From IMG/VR virus record IMGVR_UViG_3300030085_004590, positions 32,001 to 96,000 of that record: a DNA stretch of 64,000 nucleotides, one strand, 5' to 3'. Both the position numbers and the translations under genes were made by a program. Source of the stretch: a virus. Below the pieces are notes generated by a model, which saw only the letters and a list, made by a program, of their open reading frames with translations, was not told where the DNA came from and ran no database searches. This document shows positions 39,226 to 48,030 of this stretch, one piece after another; within the stretch, counting starts at the first letter, position 1; each line of letters begins with the position of its first letter.

Positions 39226-40962
39226 ATGGCAGATACTTCATTTTTTGGTAGATTAACGAAACTATTCAGAGCTCAAGCGGTGGTTACCATCGATAAGCAG
39301 GGTAGAAGAAAAGTTGTAGATACCGATGAAAGACAACAAACGAATCTATCATCTCTAAGAGATAGATACACTAAGATTCAGAAATCTTTCTTCGAACAAG
39401 CAGGTGGTGCACAATCAATGGCATACCAACAAGTTCGTAGAGAGGTATTCAGAGATTATGATGCAATGGATAACGACCCAATATTAGCATCAGCACTTGA
39501 TATATACGCAGATGAATCAACTCTTAAAAACGAGTTTGGTAATCAACTTACAATTGTATCAGATAATGATAAAGTACAAGAAATACTAAGAAACTTATTT
39601 TACGATATTCTTAACATTGAGTTCAACTTATGGCCATGGGTAAGAAATATGTGTAAGTATGGAGATTTCTTCTTAGGTTTAGAAATCGCCGAAGGTAAAG
39701 GTATCGTAAATGTTACTCCTCACTCTGTTTACAATACAGAAAGATTAGAAAGAACAGACCCATCAAATCCAAATTCAGTAAAGTTCAAAATTACTGAGGA
39801 CCCGAATGGTAAAGAAGAATATGAAAACTTTGAAATAGCTCACTTTAGATTATTAGCGGATACTAACTGGTTGCCTTATGGTAAATCCATGATTGAGAAT
39901 GGTAGAAGATTGTGGAAACAGTTATCTCTAATGGAAGATGCTATGTTAATCCATAGAATCATGAGAGCACCAGAAAAGAGAGTATTCAAAGTGGACATAG
40001 GAAATATCCCTCCAACAGAGGTTGATAACTATATGCAAAGAATCATCAATAAAATGAAGAAAGTTCCTTTCGTTGATAGAAATACTGGTGATTACAACTT
40101 AAAGTACAATATGCAAAATCTAACTGAAGATTTCTACTTACCAGTTAGAGGTGGTGATAGTGGTACAAACATTGAAAACCTTGCAGGTTTAGAATATGCA
40201 ACTATCGAAGATATTGATTACTTAAAAAACAAATTATTTGCAGCTCTTAAAATTCCAAAAGCTTATTTAGGATATGAAGAAAACATTGCAGGTAAAGCAA
40301 CTCTTGCTGCTGAAGATGTTAGATTTGCAAGAACAATCGAAAGAATTCAAAGAACAGTAATTTCAGAATTAACTAAAATTGCAATCGTACATTTATACTC
40401 ACAAGGTATTCAAGATTCAGAAATGGTTAACTTTGAATTACAATTAGTAAATCCATCATTTATTTACGAACAAGAAAAAGTAAACTTGTGGAGTGAAAAA
40501 ATTAGATTGGCTCAAGATATTCAAGGATTGAATATGTTATCTAAAGATTGGGTATATGATAATATTTTCAAATTATCAGATGCTGAATCAGATGAACAAA
40601 AAATTAAGATGATTGATGATTTAAAAGATAGATTTAGATTCAGGTCTATTGAGGATGAAGGTAATGACCCAGCAATGGAAGATGAAGAACCAGATGATAT
40701 CGAAGAATCTTTAGAAAAACTTAAACAAGAAATCAAAGATAAAGGTGGTAGACCAAGAGAAGGTGGAACTTATGGAAAAGATAAACATCCATATGGTAGA
40801 GACCCACTTGGAAATAAAGAAAGAAAAGATGCAAAGAAGAATACAACTTCTGAAGAAAAAGCTTTAAAATATATTAGTGGAATTGCATCAAAAAGAAAGT
40901 ATTTACACGAAATAAAAGATATGTTAGACGAGGATAATATCCTCAAAGATACAGAAAATTAA
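39226..40962 (+). CDS. Portal protein (T4 gp20-like)
   Basis: MEDAMLIHRIMRAPEKRVFKVDIGN, EDFYLPVRG, DIDYL...ALKIP. Confidence 0.95.
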   Translation: MADTSFFGRLTKLFRAQAVVTIDKQGRRKVVDTDERQQTNLSSLRDRYTKIQKSFFEQAGGAQSMAYQQVRREVFRDYDAMDNDPILASALDIYADESTLKNEFGNQLTIVSDNDKVQEILRNLFYDILNIEFNLWPWVRNMCKYGDFFLGLEIAEGKGIVNVTPHSVYNTERLERTDPSNPNSVKFKITEDPNGKEEYENFEIAHFRLLADTNWLPYGKSMIENGRRLWKQLSLMEDAMLIHRIMRAPEKRVFKVDIGNIPPTEVDNYMQRIINKMKKVPFVDRNTGDYNLKYNMQNLTEDFYLPVRGGDSGTNIENLAGLEYATIEDIDYLKNKLFAALKIPKAYLGYEENIAGKATLAAEDVRFARTIERIQRTVISELTKIAIVHLYSQGIQDSEMVNFELQLVNPSFIYEQEKVNLWSEKIRLAQDIQGLNMLSKDWVYDNIFKLSDAESDEQKIKMIDDLKDRFRFRSIEDEGNDPAMEDEEPDDIEESLEKLKQEIKDKGGRPREGGTYGKDKHPYGRDPLGNKERKDAKKNTTSEEKALKYISGIASKRKYLHEIKDMLDEDNILKDTEN

Positions 40963-40980
40963 TTAATCTTATATAATTTT

Positions 40981-40989
40981 ATATTTATA
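40981..40989 (+). promoter_or_regulatory. ATATTTATA motif
   Basis: Intergenic, after portal. Confidence 0.65.
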
Positions 40990-41029
40990 ATAGGGAAAAT
41001 TTACTATATCATAATAGGAAAAAATAAAG

Positions 41030-41899
41030 ATGAGAAAAATAAAACATTCAAAATTTAAAAATACTGGTTTTCTTTTTGAATTACTCACAAGGCAAGTTAC
41101 CCTTGAAATTATCAATGGTACTGAAGAAAAAGCTAAGGGTATTATAAAAGAATTCTATGGTAAAGGTACTGAAATGTCTAAGGAACTTAGATTGTTCAAC
41201 CTTTTAATAAATGAAAAATATAACTCTGAGGCAAAAGCTGAAAAGTTTATCGATGCTATATTAGAAGCACATACAAAAATAGATTATAAATCGCTTCAAC
41301 GAGAAAAATATAATCTTGTAAAATCTATCAAGGAGAACTTTGAAATTAAAAATTTCTTATCTTCCCCGGTAACAAACTATAAAATTTTAGCTTCAATCCA
41401 TAAGTTGTTTGAAGGTAAAAAAAATGATATCCTTGATGTAAAAGATGTATTCGATTCAAAACTTACTCTTGTAGAACATATCTCATCTAATTCCCCTACA
41501 TTAAAAGAGAAAGAAGATAAGTTAGTAGAAGAATACAGAAAGCAAGAAAAGGATTTAAGATTATTGACATATAAAATTCTTGTTGAAACTTTTAACAAAA
41601 AATATACAAACTTAAATGATGAACAAAAATCACTTTTAAGGGAATATATTAATAATGTTAACAACACTTCAAAGTTCAACGAGTATTTTGAGAAAGAATT
41701 AATCAAAACTATCACTTCTTTACACGAAATGTATAAAGGAATGAAAGATAAGATTACAAAAATCAAGTTGAAAGAAACTATTAATGTTTTAAAAAAGCAA
41801 AAAATTGGTAAAAAGATTACCGATGAGCAAGTTTCAGCTTTGATGATGTCTTATGAGTTGATTAAGGAGATAAATAATGTCAATGGAAAAAAATCTTAA
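41030..41899 (+). CDS. Hypothetical helical protein between portal and protease (possible prohead core component)
   Basis: 289-aa ORF; position in head operon only. Confidence 0.6.
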   Translation: MRKIKHSKFKNTGFLFELLTRQVTLEIINGTEEKAKGIIKEFYGKGTEMSKELRLFNLLINEKYNSEAKAEKFIDAILEAHTKIDYKSLQREKYNLVKSIKENFEIKNFLSSPVTNYKILASIHKLFEGKKNDILDVKDVFDSKLTLVEHISSNSPTLKEKEDKLVEEYRKQEKDLRLLTYKILVETFNKKYTNLNDEQKSLLREYINNVNNTSKFNEYFEKELIKTITSLHEMYKGMKDKITKIKLKETINVLKKQKIGKKITDEQVSALMMSYELIKEINNVNGKKS

Positions 41900-42356
41900 A
41901 GAAATCTTAGATGAAATTCTTGATGAAGTTCAAAAAGAATTAGATGAAGCCACTACAACAGGTAATGTAGATGGTTATCAAACTCCATACGCATTCTCCG
42001 ATAAAGGTAAAAAAGACAAAAAAAGAAAAAAGAAGATAGCAACTGCACTTGGTTATAGTGTTGTTGGTGGTGATGTTAATAATATTAATGAAGCCAAAGT
42101 AAAAAGACCAGTAAATCGTTGGTTAGAGTTAAAAAACGATGAATCAATGCATCCTCATAAGAAGATGGCAATGGGTCTTAAAGAATTAAAGTATCAATTA
42201 AGAGAAGTTGAAAAGTTTTTCAATTGGTATAATAAGATAAAAACTATGAATGAGTTAGATTCTAATCAATATTGGAAAAGAACTAACAGACATATTTATA
42301 CTATAAAGGAAAAACTAATCAAAATCGCTAAAACAATACAGGAGATTGAGAAATGA
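41877..42356 (+). CDS. Hypothetical head-associated protein
   Basis: LKEILDE/ELDE leader, GYQTPYAF, INE. Confidence 0.6.
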   Translation: MSMEKNLKEILDEILDEVQKELDEATTTGNVDGYQTPYAFSDKGKKDKKRKKKIATALGYSVVGGDVNNINEAKVKRPVNRWLELKNDESMHPHKKMAMGLKELKYQLREVEKFFNWYNKIKTMNELDSNQYWKRTNRHIYTIKEKLIKIAKTIQEIEK

Positions 42357-42682
42357 AAATAACTAGAGAACAACTTAAAAATATAGTCAGAGAAACTTTA
42401 CAAGAAGAATCTGAATACCAAACATTTTTCAAAAAAGCTTTAGAAAAAGCTGGTAAATCTATCCCACAAATGTCTGATAATGAAAAGAAGGCATTTTTTA
42501 ACAAGATTGAAAAAACTTGGAAAGGTAGAGGAAAAAAGAATGAAAGATTTGGAAGAGGACACCAAGGTGCAACTTTTGGTTCACAAGAAATTGATGAGGT
42601 AAATCCAACTTCATCTGAAATTGGTAAAGGTGATAACAAGAAACCATCTAAAGGTGCTTCTGATTCATCTAATGTAAAGTAA
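42353..42682 (+). CDS. Hypothetical head-associated protein
   Basis: MKITREQLKNIVRETLQEE leader; AGGAG at 42340-42344. Confidence 0.6.
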   Translation: MKITREQLKNIVRETLQEESEYQTFFKKALEKAGKSIPQMSDNEKKAFFNKIEKTWKGRGKKNERFGRGHQGATFGSQEIDEVNPTSSEIGKGDNKKPSKGASDSSNVK

Positions 42683-42683
42683 A

Positions 42684-42860
42684 ATGACTAAAAGAGAATT
42701 GTACGATATCATCAATGAGGAAATCGTTAACTTTAAAAAAGGAAAAATTAACGAAGAACTCACCGAATCTGATAAAAATCTAATTAGAAAAATTATCAGA
42801 CAAGAAGTATCTGCAATCTTTTTTGATTTGTTTAAGAAAAGAAAAACTTGGGGAGCATAA
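42684..42860 (+). CDS. Hypothetical protein, 58 aa (absent from ORF track)
   Basis: MTKRELYDIINEEIVNFKKGKINEELTESDKNLIRKIIRQEVSAIFFDLFKKRKTWGA; fills the gap, stop overlaps the protease ATG (TAATG). Confidence 0.7.
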   Translation: MTKRELYDIINEEIVNFKKGKINEELTESDKNLIRKIIRQEVSAIFFDLFKKRKTWGA

Positions 42861-43453
42861 TGAATAAATTACTAATAGAAACAAGATTATTCGAGGGTAA
42901 GGTAAACGAAGATGATAGTGGAAGAACTATCGTTAAGGGTATTCTACAAAGAGCTGGTGCAGAAAATCAGAATGGTAGAATATATCCTAAACCTATCCTT
43001 ATGAGAGAAGCAAAGAAATACGAACAACTAATTAAAGAAAGAAGAGCATTAGGTGAATTAGACCATCCTGATTCTTCTGTAATCAACCTAAAGAATGTAT
43101 CTCACAATGTAAGAGAGATTCATTGGGATGGTGATGATTTAGTAGGAACAGTTGAGATTTTACCAACCCCAAGCGGTAACATCTTAAAAGAACTTTTACA
43201 AGCAGGTATTCTATTAGGTATTTCATCAAGAGGTATGGGTTCAGTAGAACCTTTGACTGGTGGTAAAGTTCAAGTAGGTGAAGATTTTGAATTAATCGGT
43301 TGGGATTTCGTATCTAACCCATCTACTCATGGAGCATTTATGGTTCCTATGAACGAATCTGTGAACAAACAAATTCAAGAACAAGCAGTAGTTTGTAATG
43401 AATGGTGTAAGGCACAAGATATGATGAGAGAAATTATAACAGAATTAAATTAA
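42860..43453 (+). CDS. Prohead core protease (T4 gp21-like)
   Basis: NQNGRIYP, ALGELDHP (His), GISSRGMG (Ser), DFVSNPS. Confidence 0.95.
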   Translation: MNKLLIETRLFEGKVNEDDSGRTIVKGILQRAGAENQNGRIYPKPILMREAKKYEQLIKERRALGELDHPDSSVINLKNVSHNVREIHWDGDDLVGTVEILPTPSGNILKELLQAGILLGISSRGMGSVEPLTGGKVQVGEDFELIGWDFVSNPSTHGAFMVPMNESVNKQIQEQAVVCNEWCKAQDMMREIITELN

Positions 43454-43457
43454 GGTT

Positions 43458-43646
43458 ATGGGATTTAATGTACAGGACTTTATGTCCAAAAATAAATTTA
43501 AGTTGGGTAAAGTTACCAGAGAAGTAGGAGAAACTCCATTCAAAGGTGGACACAACGATATAAGAAAAACAAACTATGAAGTTAAGTTAACCGAAGATGG
43601 TAAACTTGATTTATATACACATAAAACGGAGACAAAAGAATTATGA
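43458..43646 (+). CDS. Hypothetical protein, 62 aa
   Basis: Co-oriented ORF coupled to the next gene. Confidence 0.55.
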   Translation: MGFNVQDFMSKNKFKLGKVTREVGETPFKGGHNDIRKTNYEVKLTEDGKLDLYTHKTETKEL

Positions 43647-44782
43647 TTAAATTAGGTGGTCTTGTAACTCTTAAACCGATTACTGAAGCAGATGTATTCA
43701 CTGCTACAAGTAAAGAAACTGGTACAACTTCTGTATTCAAATCAAAAGCAGCAAGAGATGCTGCAATCAAAGCAGGTACTCACGAAAAAAGAAAAGATGA
43801 TAAAGATGGTGCAGTTAAAGACCCAACAGATAAACCTAAAGTAAACATATTCAACAAAGATAAAGAAGAACCTAAAAAGGATGAACCTAAAGATGATGGT
43901 AGACCAAAAGATTCAACTGGTGGTAGAGCAGGTAATCCTGAAGTAAACAAAGCAGTTCGCCAAAAAGCAAAAGATTTAGGAGTTCATCCAAATAACTTAG
44001 GAAGAAAAGAATATGAAAGAAGAATGAAAAAAGCGGCAGTAGAAGCACTAACTGATTCAAACTTTCATTCTGAAGCAAGAAAACTAATTTCAGTATTAGA
44101 AGATAAACCAGAATGGGCAAAAGACCCAAATCAAGACCCTAACAAACCAGATATTTTTTCACCTGAATATAAAGAATGGGAAAAAACAAGTGTATATTCA
44201 TCTGATTTATATGATTCAGCACCTGGTACTGATGAAATCGCTCATGAAGCAAGTAACCAAGCTGGATGGGATGGTGTATCTGCATTAGATGCAATCGCAT
44301 TTGATTTAAAAATGAATGGAAGTAAAGAATTAGCTGCAAAAATTCAATCAGCAATTGAAAATACTAATGAATCTACAAGATTAGGTAAATTATTACCAGA
44401 AGGTTTACTTAGAGAAGGTACTCGTTCACAAGTTGGTATCATCGATAGAAGTGGTAAGATTGCATCAATCTATGTTCACTATGATGGATATCCAAGAAAT
44501 ATGAAACCTGCACTTAAAAAACATATGAAGAACGAAAAAGATGTTCTTAAGTTAATTAAGATGGGTGGAGCAAGTGGTATTTATGCTGATAAACCAGAAG
44601 TACCTTATTATAAAAAAGGTAATGGTATGAAACCTTTAAAGGGTTCAAACAAAGATATTTATGGATTTATAGATAAAACTAAAGATTCATGGGCAGAGTA
44701 TTTATATTTATACAATATGAAGGATAGAAAATGGTACTATGCTGACACATATAAAGATAAAGAACTAAAAAAATTATTTTAA
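43643..44782 (+). CDS. Multi-module head-internal-like protein; C-terminal GTRS...YVHYDGYP domain
   Basis: Leader ending PITE; C-terminal domain starts after LLRE at 44417. Confidence 0.65.
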   Translation: MIKLGGLVTLKPITEADVFTATSKETGTTSVFKSKAARDAAIKAGTHEKRKDDKDGAVKDPTDKPKVNIFNKDKEEPKKDEPKDDGRPKDSTGGRAGNPEVNKAVRQKAKDLGVHPNNLGRKEYERRMKKAAVEALTDSNFHSEARKLISVLEDKPEWAKDPNQDPNKPDIFSPEYKEWEKTSVYSSDLYDSAPGTDEIAHEASNQAGWDGVSALDAIAFDLKMNGSKELAAKIQSAIENTNESTRLGKLLPEGLLREGTRSQVGIIDRSGKIASIYVHYDGYPRNMKPALKKHMKNEKDVLKLIKMGGASGIYADKPEVPYYKKGNGMKPLKGSNKDIYGFIDKTKDSWAEYLYLYNMKDRKWYYADTYKDKELKKLF

Positions 44783-44792
44783 GGATAGAAAA

Positions 44793-45167
44793 ATGAAACT
44801 ATTAGATATCTTAAAAGAAGAAATAACTGCTAGAGAATTGAAAGATGCTCTTCGTAGTAGACCATATGATATTCAAGTACTTAGTCGATTTTTAATGGAT
44901 AAAGTAAAGAATTTTAATGGATTAGGATATCCTGGTTATAACACTTACAAATTAAACTTTAAATCACCAGTACAAGGATTAAAAACCAATGCTAAAAGTA
45001 ATGGTAAGAGTAAAGAACATATGATAAGTGGTAAAGAATTAAAAAGTTTAATACCAAATATACTTAAAAAATCAGGTAAAGTAAATTTAGTTTACAAAAT
45101 AACAAAACAAAGTGTATTCAAACCAGGCATGACAATAGGCGGTGAAGGGTATTGGATAGTAAAATAA
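44793..45167 (+). CDS. Hypothetical head-internal-like protein
   Basis: MKLLDILKEE leader. Confidence 0.6.
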   Translation: MKLLDILKEEITARELKDALRSRPYDIQVLSRFLMDKVKNFNGLGYPGYNTYKLNFKSPVQGLKTNAKSNGKSKEHMISGKELKSLIPNILKKSGKVNLVYKITKQSVFKPGMTIGGEGYWIVK

Positions 45168-45185
45168 TTATTTAAGGAGAGAACA

Positions 45186-45899
45186 ATGAAACTAACCCAA
45201 CTAATGAAAGAAAACGAAGAAAGACCTCTATCTAACGAGGTTAAAAGACATTTTCTTGAAATTGTTTCTACTTACAACAAGTATCAAGAATCAATGGATA
45301 GAAAATCAGATATTACCCAAGTAGCAGAAACCCTTGGTGGAATTACTGAAGCTGCTAGAACACTTGCAATCAAAGAAGCAGGAGATTGGTTCGATAAACA
45401 TACTGTAAAGAGAAACATGAGTGAATTGGATAAGTTGGGTAAACAATTCGATAAAGTTGCTCTTGAGGCTCGTGCACTTGACCAAAGAATGGCAGGATTA
45501 TACGAGGATATGGGACACATCCTTTCAAGATACTATAAGTTCGGTGAGATTACTGAAGATGAAATGAAAAACAGATTAGGTATTAACGAAACTAAAGAAG
45601 AAGATTGTGGATGTAACCCAATTAATGAACAACCTGTAACAGTACACAACAGAACTTCCAATGGAAACATTGTTACTACACTAAAAGAATCAGATTTAAA
45701 CGAAGAAGAAATGAAACTTTATGAGTTTGGTAAAAAAGTAACTAAACTTATGGAGAAGAGTTGTCCAAATGACCCAGGTAAATGGGCAGCATCTAAAGCA
45801 GCAGCAAAAAAGAAGTTTGATGTATATCCTTCTGCTTACGCTAATGGATGGGCTGCAAAAAACTACAAGGGTAAGGGTGGAACTTGGAAAAACTGCTAA
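45186..45899 (+). CDS. Hypothetical head-internal-like protein with basic C-terminal module
   Basis: MKLTQLMKE leader; multiple INE/LKE/LNE; C-terminal KFDVYPSAYANGWAAKNYKGKGG; AAGGAG at 45174. Confidence 0.65.
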   Translation: MKLTQLMKENEERPLSNEVKRHFLEIVSTYNKYQESMDRKSDITQVAETLGGITEAARTLAIKEAGDWFDKHTVKRNMSELDKLGKQFDKVALEARALDQRMAGLYEDMGHILSRYYKFGEITEDEMKNRLGINETKEEDCGCNPINEQPVTVHNRTSNGNIVTTLKESDLNEEEMKLYEFGKKVTKLMEKSCPNDPGKWAASKAAAKKKFDVYPSAYANGWAAKNYKGKGGTWKNC

Positions 45900-45908
45900 G
45901 GAGTAACA

Positions 45909-46790
45909 ATGAAACTCACAATATCAAAACCCTTTAAATCCAACGATAGAACTTTTGAAAAAGTATTCGGTCTTTTCAATAAGAAAGATTACTTTAATGT
46001 AAAAGGTTTGGCAAAAGTACAAATCGGAAACTTCGAAAGAGCACTTCAGAAAAATGATAAAAATGCTCAACAAGTTTTAGATATGTTTAAGGGTGATGAT
46101 AAAAAAGCAAAAGAATATATTATTCAAGTAATCCACGATAGAAAGAAAGAACAAGCATTTAACGATTACAAAGCACTTAAAGATGCAGTTGATTCAATTC
46201 AAAAAGGAAAACCTAATGTTGGTGCAGTTGATTATGTAAAAAGAATCATCCACAATAACAACCAAAAGTATTCAATCGCTTTGTATAGTGCAATTAGTGG
46301 TAAAAAATTTAATAACTACAAAGATATTCATAAAGATATAGATTCTTCAATAAACGAAGGACAAAAAAGATACAATCAAAAAGATGGTGTTGGTAAATCA
46401 AAATATGTAATCTCTTACCACGATGGTAAAAAGAAACATAAAGATGGTAGTGATTTCTTTGATATCCAAATTTTTAGAAACAAAAAAGATTTAGCAAAGT
46501 TTGTTAATACATTACACAAAGGTGGATACAAATATGGATTCGCTGAAACACTAAACGAATCTAAAACGAAAGAAAGCAAAATTGTTCAGATGATGTACAA
46601 ATATGCTCCAAAAGAGAAACAATTTTACACTAAATTAGCACAACACGAAAAAAGAATTGGTCCAAGAGATTATATAAAATTTATTTATAGTGCTCTTAAA
46701 GGATTAGGTTTAGACCCAAGAAAATATAGACAAGCACATCAAATACCTGATGCAGAAGAAAAAATTTATCAAACAATATCAAAAAAATGA
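45909..46790 (+). CDS. Hypothetical three-module protein
   Basis: Middle module VGKSKYVISYHDG...KDGSDFFDI bounded by INE and LNE; AAGGAG at 45898. Confidence 0.65.
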   Translation: MKLTISKPFKSNDRTFEKVFGLFNKKDYFNVKGLAKVQIGNFERALQKNDKNAQQVLDMFKGDDKKAKEYIIQVIHDRKKEQAFNDYKALKDAVDSIQKGKPNVGAVDYVKRIIHNNNQKYSIALYSAISGKKFNNYKDIHKDIDSSINEGQKRYNQKDGVGKSKYVISYHDGKKKHKDGSDFFDIQIFRNKKDLAKFVNTLHKGGYKYGFAETLNESKTKESKIVQMMYKYAPKEKQFYTKLAQHEKRIGPRDYIKFIYSALKGLGLDPRKYRQAHQIPDAEEKIYQTISKK

Positions 46791-47146
46791 TTAAATTAAG
46801 AAATTTACTTAACGAAAGAGTACATTTCTATGGAAATGCAAAAGTTCTACTCCAATCAAAAGCAAAAGATGCGGAACTACCATCTCAACAAGTTGAGTTC
46901 AAGTTTAATTATGCATATCCTGATTTCTTAGGTGAAGGACCAACTTTAACTTGTATCCCAAAAAGTTCAAAAGATTTAGATAAGATTGATACTTTAGGTA
47001 GTATATCAAAAGATGACATTTGTAAACAATTAGCAGAGTTCGCATCAAAGAAAACAAAACAAAAGTTTGTACCAATCGATTACAGACATCTTGACCAATA
47101 CGCAATAGCATTAGATATCGAACCTATTTTAAAGAAGATAAGATAA
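46787..47146 (+). CDS. Hypothetical head-internal-like protein
   Basis: MIKLRNLLNE leader. Confidence 0.6.
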   Translation: MIKLRNLLNERVHFYGNAKVLLQSKAKDAELPSQQVEFKFNYAYPDFLGEGPTLTCIPKSSKDLDKIDTLGSISKDDICKQLAEFASKKTKQKFVPIDYRHLDQYAIALDIEPILKKIR

Positions 47147-47490
47147 TGAAACTCCAAGATATCATAGAAGAAATATTCGAAGAAACCACAAATGAAGATT
47201 TGAGAAATTGGTTCAAATCTAAATGGGTGAATATTGGTAAGAAAGATAAGAGTGGAAAACATCCACCATGTGGTACGAGTGGTAGTAAGAGAGGATACGC
47301 TAAATGTGTTCCTGCTAAAAAAGCAGCATCCATGAGTAAGAAAGAAAAAGAATCTGCAACTCGTAGAAAAAGAGCAGCACAAAACAAAGCAAATAGAGGT
47401 GGAAAGAGTAGTAGAGGACAAGGAAAAAAACCTATAAATGTATCTACTCATACTGGTGGAAGAAAGAGTGGGACTGGAAAAGGTTCATAA
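47146..47490 (+). CDS. Basic head-internal-like protein
   Basis: Acidic leader MKLQDIIEEIFEETTNE, then LRNWFKSKWV...PCG...KCVP, highly basic. Confidence 0.65.
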   Translation: MKLQDIIEEIFEETTNEDLRNWFKSKWVNIGKKDKSGKHPPCGTSGSKRGYAKCVPAKKAASMSKKEKESATRRKRAAQNKANRGGKSSRGQGKKPINVSTHTGGRKSGTGKGS

Positions 47491-47493
47491 TAT

Positions 47494-47502
47494 ATATTTA
47501 TA
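47494..47502 (+). promoter_or_regulatory. ATATTTATA motif upstream of bS21
   Basis: 30 nt before the ATG at 47533. Confidence 0.65.
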
Positions 47503-47532
47503 TTAAATAAAGTTACACTTAAATAAAGGAGA

Positions 47533-47859
47533 ATGAGTAAACACCCAAAATTAGTTTCTGTTAAAGTCAAAAACAGAGATATCAACAAAGCACTTAAAAT
47601 TTTTAAAAGAAGAGTAAATGATTCTGCACACTTACAAGAGTTAAGAGAAAGAAAATATTTCGAAAAACCTTCATTAGCAAAAAGAAAAGCAAAACAACAA
47701 GCGAAAAGAGAACAAGAAAGAGAAACTATACTTGCTAAAATAAATGATGGTAATACGAAACTTCAATTAAAAATGCGAAAGAAAAAAAGAAAAAAAGGAA
47801 AACCTAACAATCAGAAAAAAACTAATGAACAAAAAGGTTCATATAAATTAATTTCTTAA
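47533..47859 (+). CDS. rpsU: Phage-encoded 30S ribosomal protein bS21 with basic C-terminal extension
   Basis: VKVKNRDINKALKIFKRRV...LQELRERKYFEKPSLAKRKAKQQAKR matches the bS21 signature. Confidence 0.9.
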   Translation: MSKHPKLVSVKVKNRDINKALKIFKRRVNDSAHLQELRERKYFEKPSLAKRKAKQQAKREQERETILAKINDGNTKLQLKMRKKKRKKGKPNNQKKTNEQKGSYKLIS

Positions 47860-47885
47860 AAATTAAGGTTTTCTGTATATATTCT

Positions 47886-48030
47886 ATATTTATATACAAT
47901 AATCCACTAATGTGGATTCATTTTTATGGTTTTTAATACCCACGAGTTCTTATGTGAGGTGACCGAACCAAAATTAATTCTTATTGAAAATCCCTTAATA
48001 TTTTCACGAAACAAACGAAAGGTTTAAAAA
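47886..48030 (+). promoter_or_regulatory. ATATTTATA motif plus structured 5' leader of the scaffold/capsid operon
   Basis: Motif 47886-47894; hairpin AATCCAC-TAAT-GTGGATT 47901-47918; TGAAAAT...ATTTTCA inverted repeat ~47985-48006. Confidence 0.6.

Noticed and set aside
35790-47873. AAAATTnnGGTTTTC upstream of two ATATTTATA motifs (35790, 47859)
   Set aside because: Only two instances with different spacing, both overlapping stop codons; could be chance.
47895-48030. tRNA gene in the longest intergenic gaps
   Set aside because: No T-loop GTTCRA or cloverleaf visible here or at 61543-61678.
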